A stretch of 64,000 nucleotides of DNA from Spirochaetales bacterium (lineage in GTDB: Bacteria; Spirochaetota; Spirochaetia; SZUA-6; RPPD01): NCBI GenBank assembly GCA_016930675.1, contig JAFGGG010000021.1, positions 38,905 to 102,904 of the forward strand. The letters are read 5' to 3'. Position numbers and translations under genes: made by a program. Each line of letters opens with the position of its first letter. The first letter of the stretch is position 1. This document shows, one piece after another, positions 27,074 to 37,324 of the stretch. The notes under the pieces are model-generated. The model was not told the origin of the DNA, did no database searches, and was given only the letters and a program-made list of their open reading frames with translations.

Positions 27074-28858
27074 TTAAATCAGACTCTTTTCCTGCACTTT
27101 CTGTTTTATCAACTCCACACAATCAGTAAGTGCGAGATTGTTCATTTTTTCTCCAGTACGTGTTCTGATTGATACGGTGCGCGCCGCCTGTTCGTTTTCA
27201 CCCACGATTAACATATATGGTATTTTTTGCTGCTGTGCTTTGCGTATCTTAGCATTCATTCTTTCATCACTCTCGTCTGAAATAACGCGGATCTCTGCTT
27301 GACGTAGGTATTTTAAAACCTCCTGCGCATATTCTGTAAAAGGAAGCGCAACAGGAATAACCACCGCCTGTACGGGGGCCAGCCATACCGGGAAAGCCCC
27401 TGCAAAATGTTCTATCAGTACACCGAAAAATCTTTCAAATGAACCCAGGAGTGCTCTGTGAATCATGAAGGGTCGTTTTTCTCTGCCGTCTGAGTCCACA
27501 AACGTCATGTTAAAGCGTTCCGGCATATTAAAGTCAAACTGAATCGTGGACATCTGCCATTCTCTGCCCAACGCGTCCTTGACCTTCAAATCTATTTTTG
27601 GCCCGTAAAAGGCTCCTCCCCCTTCATCGAGTACATAAGGAAGATTTTGGCTTGCTACCGCTTTTTGCAAGGATGATATGGCTTTATCCCAATCCGCATC
27701 CTCTCCCACACTTTTTTCGGGCTTGGTTGCCAGATAGGCTTTAATCTCCGTGAATTGAAATGTCTTCCAGATGGCAAGAGAAAATTTTAACACCCGCTCT
27801 ATTTCTTCTTCTACCTGATCCGGTGTACAGATTATGTGCGCGTCATCCTGGGTAAACCCTCTTACCCGCAACAGGCCATGAAGTACTCCGGAACGTTCGT
27901 ATCTGTATACCGTACCCAGCTCCGCCCAGCGCAAGGGCAGCTCACGATATGACCGCAAGGCTGATTTGTAGATCAGGATATGAAAGGGACAGTTCATGGG
28001 TTTTATGTAGTAATCGGCATTATCTATCTCCATAGCAGCATACATATTTTCCTTATAAAAACCCAAATGTCCAGAAGTCTGCCATAACCAGGCTTTGCCG
28101 ATATGCGGAGTATAGATAAGCTCATAGCCGTTTTTGAAATGTTCGTTTTTCCAGAAATCTTCGATAAGATGCCGGATTCGCGCCCCCTTTGGATGCCAAT
28201 AAATAAGACCGGCGCCGGCTTCCTCATGAGTTGAATACAGATCCAATTCTTTTCCCAACCGTCTGTGATCTCTTCGTTCGATCTCTTTTCTCTTCTCTAA
28301 ATACTCCCGCAGTTCTTTTGGAGAGTTCCAGACCGTACCGTAAATGCGCTGCAGCATGGTTCGCTTTTCATCGCCCCGCCAATAAGCACCGGCCACAGTA
28401 AGCAGCTTAAAGGCCTTGGGATGGATAAGCGATGTGTTTTTTATATGAGGTCCGCGGCAGAGATCTTTGAAGCTATTGTGCACATATACGGATATTTCTT
28501 CATCCCGGGAAAGCCCATCAATCAGTTCAAGCTTATAAGGCTGGTCTTTAAACATCTTCTTTGCTTCAGATCGGGTTATCACTTTTTTTTCAAAGTCGTA
28601 TTTACTTGAGACAATCTCACGCATTTTATTTTCTATTTCGTCGAGATCATCCGGTGTCAGGCTGCGGGGAAGCTCGAAATCATAATAAAAACCGTCTTCA
28701 ATTGCCGGTCCGATAGCGATCTTGGCTTCGGGAAAAAGTGAAAGTACTGCGTCTGCCATAACGTGAGCCGTAGAATGCCTTAAAGCGTGAAGTTCACTGG
28801 ATGCTTCAGCCATAATATCCTCTCCTTGTTGACTAACCACATATGCAAAATGGTTCAC
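27074..28858 (-). CDS. thrS: Threonyl-tRNA synthetase (lacks N-terminal TGS domain)
   Basis: Editing-domain HxxxH (LRHSTAHVMA), class II aaRS motifs and a C-terminal anticodon-binding domain. 594 aa, beginning at the N2 domain. Confidence 0.9.
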   Translation of the reverse strand: MNHFAYVVSQQGEDIMAEASSELHALRHSTAHVMADAVLSLFPEAKIAIGPAIEDGFYYDFELPRSLTPDDLDEIENKMREIVSSKYDFEKKVITRSEAKKMFKDQPYKLELIDGLSRDEEISVYVHNSFKDLCRGPHIKNTSLIHPKAFKLLTVAGAYWRGDEKRTMLQRIYGTVWNSPKELREYLEKRKEIERRDHRRLGKELDLYSTHEEAGAGLIYWHPKGARIRHLIEDFWKNEHFKNGYELIYTPHIGKAWLWQTSGHLGFYKENMYAAMEIDNADYYIKPMNCPFHILIYKSALRSYRELPLRWAELGTVYRYERSGVLHGLLRVRGFTQDDAHIICTPDQVEEEIERVLKFSLAIWKTFQFTEIKAYLATKPEKSVGEDADWDKAISSLQKAVASQNLPYVLDEGGGAFYGPKIDLKVKDALGREWQMSTIQFDFNMPERFNMTFVDSDGREKRPFMIHRALLGSFERFFGVLIEHFAGAFPVWLAPVQAVVIPVALPFTEYAQEVLKYLRQAEIRVISDESDERMNAKIRKAQQQKIPYMLIVGENEQAARTVSIRTRTGEKMNNLALTDCVELIKQKVQEKSLI

Positions 28859-28946
28859 AATTTTCTATTATACATCTAGATTGTATTAATTTATACGATC
28901 CTTACTTCAATTTGTCAAGCAAAGCAGACGTTCGCGTTGTCTCATT

Positions 28947-29465
28947 TTATTGTAAAGTATGTATCAGCTCATCTATCCAGACAAGCAGTGCATCGTTTAT
29001 GTGCTGAGCTTGTGAGAGGAGCACTGCACCTGTTTTGCCTATTGTACGCCAGATCTGTTCGTGTTTTTTTATATCCTGCTTACGCTTTTCCAGCCGTGTC
29101 TTCAGTTTTATAACCAGCTGCTTTCCCTTTGGTTTGGGCAGTTTATCCAAATTTACTATAACGGGATTAAACTCAAAATGATACTTTATTTTTTCATCCG
29201 CATATTTATCCATTAACACATAGAATAACTGTCTGCCGCTTTCAGTAATGGTATATACTGTTTTTTCAGGCATTTCTCCGTGTTTTTCCAACGCTGAAGA
29301 TAAAAAACCCTCCTGCTCCAGCTTTTTCAAATTCTTATAAATCGCAGGTATACTTAGACGAACCAGATCTTTGAGTTCATGCTGCTCAACAAATTTAGCC
29401 AAATCATAGGCACTTATCGGTTGTGTAATAACCAGCCCCAATAACGTAAGATCGATCGCAGACAA
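28947..29465 (-). CDS. PadR-family transcriptional regulator
   Basis: Winged-helix PadR N-terminus (…YDLAKFVEQ…PAIYKNLKKLEQEGFL…) and a coiled-coil C-terminus. Confidence 0.75.
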   Translation of the reverse strand: MSAIDLTLLGLVITQPISAYDLAKFVEQHELKDLVRLSIPAIYKNLKKLEQEGFLSSALEKHGEMPEKTVYTITESGRQLFYVLMDKYADEKIKYHFEFNPVIVNLDKLPKPKGKQLVIKLKTRLEKRKQDIKKHEQIWRTIGKTGAVLLSQAQHINDALLVWIDELIHTLQ

Positions 29466-29487
29466 TTACAGTCCCCCTCCCCCATAA

Positions 29488-29505
29488 ATTGCGGCCGGCC
29501 GCAAT
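29488..29505. promoter_or_regulatory. Perfect 18-bp palindrome ATTGCGGCCGGCCGCAAT, 23 nt upstream of the PadR start
   Basis: Exact inverted repeat seen in sequence. Candidate autoregulatory operator. Confidence 0.35.
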
Positions 29506-29885
29506 CATGTAACTGCAATCTATAAGCCTATCCTGTTTTTCTGCATACTGCAAACAATGAATTGGGTCAAGCAAAGAACCCCCCCAGTTGCTGTCATAAT
29601 AACATTTGCAATAATGAAATCTCCCGGACAGCACATCCTCTGCTTTGACGACCCAATTTAATTACTATATATTATATTACTATAATTTATAGTAATTGTC
29701 AATAGGTTTTATAATTTTTTTTTATACTGCAAAACAAGTATAATATTTGATAACAAAAGCAACTGACAATTGAAAATTGCGGTTTTGGTATTATTTTACT
29801 TTTCATATGTTATACTGAAGACCTGTTTATATTAAATCTCATCAAGGGCAGGTAAATTTAGCTCTGGCATTTTAGGCGGATAGAT

Positions 29886-32726
29886 TTATCTTTTAAAGAC
29901 ATTCATTAATTCAATCTTGTTCGAAATATCTAATTTTTTATATATGTTCCTTATATAAGGCTTTAAAGTATTTATGGATATTTTTAAGTAATAAGCAATT
30001 TCTTTATATTCATTTCCTGCCATTAAAAGAGTTATAATTTCTTTTTCTTTTTCTGTAATAGAATATTCCCGGCATTTATTATCAATCCACTTATAATCTG
30101 ATTTATCTTCAATTATATCCGATCTAATTATATGAGAGATTTTCCTCTCCATCTCTTTAAAGTGTTCATCTTTTTGCATTTTTTGCATTCGCAGAATAGA
30201 TATGATTTTTGCATTCAATTCATCCATAGAAAAAGGTTTCGAGATGAAATCAATGGCGCCTTCCTTTAAATACTCTATTTTTTCCTTTATTTCATTTCGC
30301 GCCGTTAAAAAAATAAAAGGAATTGATTTGAATGATTCAATTTTGCCAAGTTCTTTGAAAAAATCCAGACCGCCCATTTCATCCATCATAATATCCGAAA
30401 TTATCAAATCCGGCTTTGGAATGGATTCCAGTCTTTGTAAAGCCATTTTCCCGTTTGCAGCGCAATATATATTATACTCTTTCATTAAATTACTTTGCAG
30501 ATATGTCGACATATCGATGTTGTCTTCTACGATTAATATGTTTGCATGCTCAGACTGATATTTTTCATTATTTACATCAAGCTGCTTGTATAATATGGGT
30601 TTCGAACAGATGTTTTCGGCTTCATAAATAGCCCCCCCTGCTTTTTTACATTTTTTAAAATTAATCATAAATTCACTTCCCTCGTTTGCTTTACTTTTTA
30701 CTAGTATTTCTGCATTTATTTGATCAATAATTTTTTTGACAATCGATAATCCCAATCCGATTCCCTGTGAATTCATTTTTTTATGATTAGCCTGGAAATA
30801 AGGTTCAAAAATATATGGCAATTGATTCTTCGGTATTCCCATTCCCGTATCTTGTATGATAAGTTCAACAGATTCTTTGTCATCATTTAAAATAATATTA
30901 ATTACTCCATTTTCATCAGTATAACGGATGGCATTATCGATTAGGTTATTAATAATTCTATCTAAAGCATAAGGATCGATTCTGATAAAAATATTATTCT
31001 CTATATTCTTCCTGATTTTTATATTTTTATTGGAAGCCGTTTCTTTAAAAAGAAGTATTTTCGATTTTAAGAAATTTGAAAAATCGACTTTTTTATCGTG
31101 CTGATATATTTCCAACCCTTTATTGAATTTTTCCAGATCAAAAAAATTCACCATATCATGTTCGATCTTTTGCACATTTTGCTTGATAATAAGAAGATCA
31201 CTTTTTTTCCCGAATTTATTAATACATCTTTCCAGATAATTGCGTATCAATGTCAGAGGCGTCTTTATTTCATGGGTTACATTTATAAAAAAATTCGTTT
31301 TTTCCTCATTAATTTTTTCAATATGTTTTTTTGACAATTCAAGTTCCATAGTCCTCTCTTTCACCTTTTTTTCCAGGTTCCTGTTCAATTGATCAACTTC
31401 ATTATAGGCCATGGAAACTTTTATTGAAAGCACAATCGACTGCGATAAGACCAGCGTAAGGAAACCAAAAGCCAAAAGATCCACGGTCATTATGATTTTC
31501 GAGGAGTGCAGCATGTCATTGACACTGCATAAGAATAAAAATATAAATCCGATAAGAAACGGCAAAGCCCCTAATCTTTTTTTATAGACGGCACGGCATA
31601 TCACAAAAATAAAATAAAGAAAATATAATACGAAAATTATCTTATACGGCGTATCAATCAAATTGATATAAATGGAGCCCGGAAAAAATAGCACCGGTAA
31701 AATAAATAAAAGACCAAAAGCCATCATAATTTTCAATACAAGTAGATTGAATTCTTCAGGATAAAGGCGCTGTAAAAAAAATGCCAGTAGTAAGGGACCG
31801 AGTACAAAGGTCCCGAAATTTATTTTCATTACGTATTCCCAGACATCCAAATTGCTGAAAATTGTCGATATATAATGCTCGGTGCTTAAATAGCGGATTC
31901 CTACCAGCAGGCAGCATATGCCAAAGATCAGATTCGCTTTTTCTTTTTTGAACAAAAAGAACAGGCACAAATGATAAATACCGATTATCAAAATCATCCC
32001 GATAAGAATTCCATTAATCAATAATTTTAAAAAGCATTGATTTTCAAGCATGTTTTTTTCAGCCAAAATAATCTCATTGACACCACCCCACAGATATCCG
32101 AAATTCGACACCTGCAGAACAAGTTGTATTTCATTTTTATTATTAATATGTAATCTTTTATTTTTTGGCATGAACTGGGGAATCGATGTTGATGCGTCTC
32201 TGCCAACGTTTCCGTTTGCCAGGAATAACCGATCATTTACATAAAACTTATACGATGTGGCCATATAGGAAATCTCGATTGCATAATCTTCATTAATTAC
32301 ACCGCTGTCTTCTATTATCAACCTAAAAGTCGCGTAACCGTCTTTTGGCAATGTATCTCCGTTCGGCAATCGATAATCATTCCATATTCCCGGAAAATTA
32401 AAATAAAGGGGTTTTTCATCGACTGTCTTGTTTGTGAAATCATCCGGATCATATAATTTCATCCAGTAAAATTCCCATTCACCGTCAAGGCTGATGATTT
32501 GTTTTTTTTCACTATCCCAGTCTTTGATGTCAAGTATTCCCTTTTTTGCATGGATAATACCTTTGCCGGAATCGTCACTTTTGCCACAAGAATAATAAGA
32601 AAAGCAGAAAAAACTTATTAAAGAAAACATTAAAAAGAAAAGACCGTTATTGTATGACAATCTACTTTTCATCACTATTGACCGCTTTAAATAATAAAAG
32701 AGCCTTGTAATCCTTACAACCTTCAA
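29886..32726 (-). CDS. 7TMR-DISM hybrid sensor histidine kinase: extracellular 7TMR-DISM domain + 7TM + HisKA/HATPase + REC + LuxR-type HTH
   Basis: 946 aa. Kinase H-box (NVTHEIKTP), G-boxes, receiver (ILIVEDN…DIMMDEMGG), C-terminal LuxR HTH. The gene body is ~25% GC against ~45% in the flanks. Confidence 0.85.
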   Translation of the reverse strand: MKVVRITRLFYYLKRSIVMKSRLSYNNGLFFLMFSLISFFCFSYYSCGKSDDSGKGIIHAKKGILDIKDWDSEKKQIISLDGEWEFYWMKLYDPDDFTNKTVDEKPLYFNFPGIWNDYRLPNGDTLPKDGYATFRLIIEDSGVINEDYAIEISYMATSYKFYVNDRLFLANGNVGRDASTSIPQFMPKNKRLHINNKNEIQLVLQVSNFGYLWGGVNEIILAEKNMLENQCFLKLLINGILIGMILIIGIYHLCLFFLFKKEKANLIFGICCLLVGIRYLSTEHYISTIFSNLDVWEYVMKINFGTFVLGPLLLAFFLQRLYPEEFNLLVLKIMMAFGLLFILPVLFFPGSIYINLIDTPYKIIFVLYFLYFIFVICRAVYKKRLGALPFLIGFIFLFLCSVNDMLHSSKIIMTVDLLAFGFLTLVLSQSIVLSIKVSMAYNEVDQLNRNLEKKVKERTMELELSKKHIEKINEEKTNFFINVTHEIKTPLTLIRNYLERCINKFGKKSDLLIIKQNVQKIEHDMVNFFDLEKFNKGLEIYQHDKKVDFSNFLKSKILLFKETASNKNIKIRKNIENNIFIRIDPYALDRIINNLIDNAIRYTDENGVINIILNDDKESVELIIQDTGMGIPKNQLPYIFEPYFQANHKKMNSQGIGLGLSIVKKIIDQINAEILVKSKANEGSEFMINFKKCKKAGGAIYEAENICSKPILYKQLDVNNEKYQSEHANILIVEDNIDMSTYLQSNLMKEYNIYCAANGKMALQRLESIPKPDLIISDIMMDEMGGLDFFKELGKIESFKSIPFIFLTARNEIKEKIEYLKEGAIDFISKPFSMDELNAKIISILRMQKMQKDEHFKEMERKISHIIRSDIIEDKSDYKWIDNKCREYSITEKEKEIITLLMAGNEYKEIAYYLKISINTLKPYIRNIYKKLDISNKIELMNVFKR

Positions 32727-32835
32727 TAGTACATAAATGTAACCAACTATTTATAAAGAAAGGAGATACAAGCGTTAAATAAGTATAGCACAATTGCATT
32801 TGTCTTGGAAAGCGAAATTTAATGATATGAAATTT

Positions 32836-32867
32836 AAAAAGGCTTCTCCCAAAGAGAAGCCTTTTTT
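32836..32867. terminator. Strong bidirectional rho-independent terminator (AAAAAGGCTTCTCccaaaGAGAAGCCTTTTTT)
   Basis: Perfect 10-bp stem with flanking A5 and T6, 35 nt downstream of the stop of the 32902..35133 gene. Confidence 0.8.
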
Positions 32868-32901
32868 AGATTACCGATTAACAGACGGCTTGTCATGAAG
32901 A

Positions 32902-35133
32902 TTAAGGCACTTTCGATATATAGGAAGCGCCTATTTTTACATCCGATCCGAAATTCTTCACCACTGCGGTAGGATCGGTAATACTTTGCACGGTACAGGT
33001 TCCCGAGAAGTTCCACTTTTCGAATACCAGCTTGGCCCGAACCGTGCCATTGTTGTCTTTAACAAACACCTCCCGCGGCGAGGAAATGGTAACACTGCTT
33101 GCTGACGACAGATCCATAAACGTATCGGTCGTGGATTTCCCGTTTCCGTTTTCCATAAGGTGCGTGACCGACATGGTATATGTCTGTACAGGCGGTAATT
33201 TTATTTTGAAATACATATTTACCGAATACGGTCCAGGCCCGCAGGAACTCTCTCCTTTGACTTTCCATCTTAAATCCACGCCTCTTTCCAATGGAGAAGA
33301 GGGTGTATAGGATACGGTAGCCCCGTTTCCGGTTATGCCTGTTTTTCTATGCACAATTTCTTCATTACTTACTTTTATTACATACAAAGTATAGGAAGTC
33401 GCGCCGGGTACGGAACTCCAGGAAAATGTGGGTTTGTCGTTATCTGTTTCGCCTTTTATTCCATAGGCAGTCGGCGCTGCTTTGGGAGAGCAATCCTCGG
33501 TGTACACCGCCGTCACGGTTACATTCGATTTAAAATTTTCCATAAAGGTTGAATTGGAATAACGATTTTTTATCGAAGCATTGCCCTGACAGGACCATTC
33601 GGAAAAAGTTTTTGTGATGTTCCCGGCCGTAATGGTTTTCGGTGTTTCGATTTTAACACTGCTGGTGTTATCGAGATCGGGGTAAACCTTGCTTTTATTA
33701 TTACCGCTTGCGTCCAGATATTTCACTGTCATACTGAAGGCGGACTGTGCTTGGGGATCGCTGAACCAAAACTCCAGCGGATCGGACCAGGGGCCATCAC
33801 CGTGATCATTATAACCCTGCACTTTCCATCCAAATTGGGTTCCAAATGGATAAAAACCGTTCGCCGGATTAAAAAGATAACTATCCGGATAATAGTATCC
33901 ATAAATATCATCATATTCATCCGTAGTAACCGGACGTTGATCTATTATTTTCCATAGATTCTGCTGGGCATCTTCAAGAACAGCAAGCATGAACCTGCAG
34001 TCTGTCGCACGCGGGGGCCACACCCATTCAAACCAAGGGATCTGATCCTCCTGATCACCTTGAGGAAACATCAGCACGGGCGCGGAAGTGACTAGGTTTT
34101 CAGTATTGGGTACAATGCCTATTTCAAGTTTTGCGTCCTCCGGATCACTTGTCAGATATTTAGCCCTATCTGCGCTTTGCAGCGTAATGGTGATGGTGCC
34201 TAATGAATCGTCAGGATCAAGCCAATCGTCTTCCATAACTTTTATTTTTACTTCGGTGCCCATGCTTTCCGTCCACTCGAAAAGCAGCCCTTTTTTTTCT
34301 AAATCTTCGAATGTATACCAGGGATTTTCTTGACCCCTGGGACTGGCGTCATCCACTTTATTTAAATAAAAACGGCCGAATGCCGAGCTATATAGATAGA
34401 TTTCTGCGTCATCACTTTTAAGCCATCCTTCATGGGTATCGTATATACACATCCCGTAGAGGTACACAAGATCACCGAAGGAATGAGTGACCGCCCGCTT
34501 GTTAGACGCGGATTGAGTATTATCAGCATTGTTGTTCTCCTCACTTTCACCATACCCCAATATAAAAAGAGGCCTTTGACGGTAATTCATTTCATTAATC
34601 ACAAAAGGAGAGCCCTCGGCGTTATAAGCGGTGATCGCATCAATATCCTTTTCATCCTTATCCAGGGGATAGCATCCCACCAAAGGCGGGGTTACCCCGT
34701 CCCACTCTTCATAATCGGGCATGTAAATCTGTAAATTGATGAGACTGCTTATCTGCTGAATCCTCGCTTCCATATCGGTTCCGGTTTGTGCTTCTTCCGC
34801 GGTGCCTGTTGCGCACAGTGCCTGATGGATGGTACGGCCGTCGCCTAAAACCATGTCTTTTATGGTTTTATAGAGTACTTCCGTGCTGCCGTTCACGCGT
34901 TTTCCGATTTCATTGTGGATAATGGTGAGCATTTCCGGATGATCGCCCAGACACTTCGCAGTCACCCGCGCAAGCACATCCATATTCACCACAGCTTTTT
35001 TAACCTCAACCTCCAGGTCGTTTTTGCCTCCCGACGCCTGGTCCAGCGGCGGCTGACAGGTAATGATACATAACAAGGTAAATACTAATAACACTATAAA
35101 CTTTACATAAAGGTCTTTTTGTTTCATACACAT
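32902..35133 (-). CDS. Large predicted lipoprotein with Ig/Fn3-like beta-rich repeats
   Basis: 743 aa. Signal peptide + Cys (lipobox-like LLCIITC). Repeated beta-sandwich-like segments. Confidence 0.55.
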   Translation of the reverse strand: MCMKQKDLYVKFIVLLVFTLLCIITCQPPLDQASGGKNDLEVEVKKAVVNMDVLARVTAKCLGDHPEMLTIIHNEIGKRVNGSTEVLYKTIKDMVLGDGRTIHQALCATGTAEEAQTGTDMEARIQQISSLINLQIYMPDYEEWDGVTPPLVGCYPLDKDEKDIDAITAYNAEGSPFVINEMNYRQRPLFILGYGESEENNNADNTQSASNKRAVTHSFGDLVYLYGMCIYDTHEGWLKSDDAEIYLYSSAFGRFYLNKVDDASPRGQENPWYTFEDLEKKGLLFEWTESMGTEVKIKVMEDDWLDPDDSLGTITITLQSADRAKYLTSDPEDAKLEIGIVPNTENLVTSAPVLMFPQGDQEDQIPWFEWVWPPRATDCRFMLAVLEDAQQNLWKIIDQRPVTTDEYDDIYGYYYPDSYLFNPANGFYPFGTQFGWKVQGYNDHGDGPWSDPLEFWFSDPQAQSAFSMTVKYLDASGNNKSKVYPDLDNTSSVKIETPKTITAGNITKTFSEWSCQGNASIKNRYSNSTFMENFKSNVTVTAVYTEDCSPKAAPTAYGIKGETDNDKPTFSWSSVPGATSYTLYVIKVSNEEIVHRKTGITGNGATVSYTPSSPLERGVDLRWKVKGESSCGPGPYSVNMYFKIKLPPVQTYTMSVTHLMENGNGKSTTDTFMDLSSASSVTISSPREVFVKDNNGTVRAKLVFEKWNFSGTCTVQSITDPTAVVKNFGSDVKIGASYISKVP

Positions 35134-35291
35134 ACCTCCTGATATTTATGTTACATGAAACTATTAAGAACCTATTTTAACAAGACCAACTTTTGGAGGT
35201 AAAATTCACTCCTTTCGGGTGTGTATGAAAAAATATAATCTTTTAGCCGTCCATCTATACCCTCCAAATGCCGATTGACTAAACCTGTGCT

Positions 35292-36086
35292 TTGTTTCAA
35301 AATGACATGATGAGTCAAGTACTTATAGGCACCAGCGGATATTCCTATAAAGATTGGGTGGGTCCGTTTTATCCTCCGGGAACAGAAACTTCGGATTATC
35401 TGTCTTTCTACAGTAAAGAATTTAACTTTGTTGAACTTAATTTTTCGTATTATAAGCAGCCGGACGCCTTTATGCTGGAAAGAATGCTTAACAAAGTCCC
35501 TGAAAATTTTTACTTTTCCATAAAAGGTCACAGAACCATGACCCATGAAATAACCGACAGCTTTTCACAAGACATTCAAACCTATAAGCATGGAATTAAA
35601 CCCTTGCTTGAATCGCGAAAACTGGGAGCGCTGCTTCTGCAATTTCCCTACAGCTTCCATTATACTCCGCAAAACCGCAAACATCTGGACAAGATCAGCA
35701 CGGAGCTTGCGGACTATCCTTTGGCCGTAGAGTTTAGAAATAATGAATGGCACAACGATCATGTTTTTGAAAGTTTTAAAGCACGCCGCATCTGCTATGT
35801 AAACGTTGACATGCCCGATTTACCGAAATTATTGGCACCCTCCGGTGTTGTTACCTCGGCTTTGGGTTATGTCCGTTTTCACGGCAGGAATAAAAACATG
35901 TGGTGGCGGGGAGATAATGTAACTCGTTACGACTATCTTTACAGCGATGAGGAACTGGGTGATTGGGTAGACCGGATAAAGCAAATATTAAACAAAGCCA
36001 AGATACTTCTTATAACCTTTAATAATCATTCCAGAGGACAGGCGGTTGTAAATGCCCGAAAATTGAAGGAGCTGCTTTTAATTTAA
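35292..36086 (+). CDS. DUF72 family protein
   Basis: Characteristic N-terminus IGTSGYSYKDWVGPFYP. Confidence 0.7.
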   Translation: MFQNDMMSQVLIGTSGYSYKDWVGPFYPPGTETSDYLSFYSKEFNFVELNFSYYKQPDAFMLERMLNKVPENFYFSIKGHRTMTHEITDSFSQDIQTYKHGIKPLLESRKLGALLLQFPYSFHYTPQNRKHLDKISTELADYPLAVEFRNNEWHNDHVFESFKARRICYVNVDMPDLPKLLAPSGVVTSALGYVRFHGRNKNMWWRGDNVTRYDYLYSDEELGDWVDRIKQILNKAKILLITFNNHSRGQAVVNARKLKELLLI

Positions 36087-36157
36087 GACTATCCTTATTG
36101 ACAAGTAGATAGTATATTTTATATATATAATTGCTAATATTAACCAAGGAGGTTAAT

Positions 36158-37138
36158 ATGAAAAAGATAACAGTAAATATTTTTATAATTACTATATGCT
36201 TATTCTTTTTAAGCTGTTTTCCTGCCGCCAGAGCGGAAACATATTCGCCCAAGGAGGACAGCTCAAACCATCCGCTTCAAATCGAATCGCTACGCAATTC
36301 TTACCCCAAAGGCTCTCATCTTACGATTAAAAACACGTTGCAAGACACGCCCACATTGACAAACAAACTCATTTCTTACGAAGTCGAAGGTCTTGTCCTG
36401 AACGCCCTGCTCTCTATTCCCAAACAGAAAAAACCCTCAGCGGGATTTCCGGTAATAATCTTGAATCACGGACATATTCAACCTCAAAAGTATTCAACGC
36501 TCAATTCTTATAAATATGTTGCCGATTATTTCGCGGCCGACGGATTTTTGGTACTCAAACCGGATTACCGCGGCCATGCTCAGTCGGAGTCCGGATCGGA
36601 ACTGCACGGTTTGGAAAGATTAGCCTACCCCATAGACGTCCTGGCCCTGCTTTCACTGGTGCCTGAAATAGCTGAGGCCGATCCGGACAACATCTTTATG
36701 TACGGTCATTCCATGGGAGGTCAGATTACGCTTACTGTCCTGGAAGTGACGGATCAGATAAAAGCAGCCTCTCTCTGGGCGCCTGTTTCCGAACAGTTTC
36801 CCGAAAGCAGTCTTTACTTTATACGAAGGAGGGATTCAAAACTGGCGGAAGAGCGGCTGAAAGTGTATAAAAAGATATTCGGTCAGGAAAATTTTGTGGC
36901 ATTCTCTCTCAGCGCTTACACTCACCTTATTCAAACACCGCTTATTATCCATCATGGTACCAAAGATGAATCTGTACCGTACTCCTGGACTGTGAATCTC
37001 TTAAAAATCCTGGATAAAAACAATGTTGATTATATATTTCATTCTTATGAGAACGAAAACCACAATTTATCGAAATATTCATTTTACAATGCGTTAAAGA
37101 GGGATGTTGCATTTTTTAGAGAGCATATAGCCCCGTAA
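36158..37138 (+). CDS. Secreted alpha/beta hydrolase (dienelactone hydrolase/S9-like), start at ATG 36158
   Basis: AAGGAGG RBS before MKKITVNIFIITICLFFLSC. GHSMGG nucleophile elbow. Confidence 0.7.
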   Translation: MKKITVNIFIITICLFFLSCFPAARAETYSPKEDSSNHPLQIESLRNSYPKGSHLTIKNTLQDTPTLTNKLISYEVEGLVLNALLSIPKQKKPSAGFPVIILNHGHIQPQKYSTLNSYKYVADYFAADGFLVLKPDYRGHAQSESGSELHGLERLAYPIDVLALLSLVPEIAEADPDNIFMYGHSMGGQITLTVLEVTDQIKAASLWAPVSEQFPESSLYFIRRRDSKLAEERLKVYKKIFGQENFVAFSLSAYTHLIQTPLIIHHGTKDESVPYSWTVNLLKILDKNNVDYIFHSYENENHNLSKYSFYNALKRDVAFFREHIAP

Positions 37139-37324
37139 TCGGCAGAACACGAAGTCACCACTAATTTTACATAAATTATATTAGAGCCATCAGCGGCGGC
37201 TTTTCTGTAAGTGAGCATTTATTCGTTTAATCCTCTTGACTTTCAACGTTGTTTTGTAGTTTTATGGGGAAGTGACGGCCGATTCTCATTTCGTCAAATG
37301 AGAATCGCTAGTACGAGGTTTATT

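Noticed and set aside
37211-37324. Upstream extension of the glf ORF (MSIYSFNPLDF…)
   Set aside because: The 38 extra residues precede the FAD-binding βαβ start VKYDVLIAGAG, which normally lies at the extreme N-terminus of Glf. An RBS plus GTG at 37325 fits better. The extension also covers an inverted-repeat hairpin.
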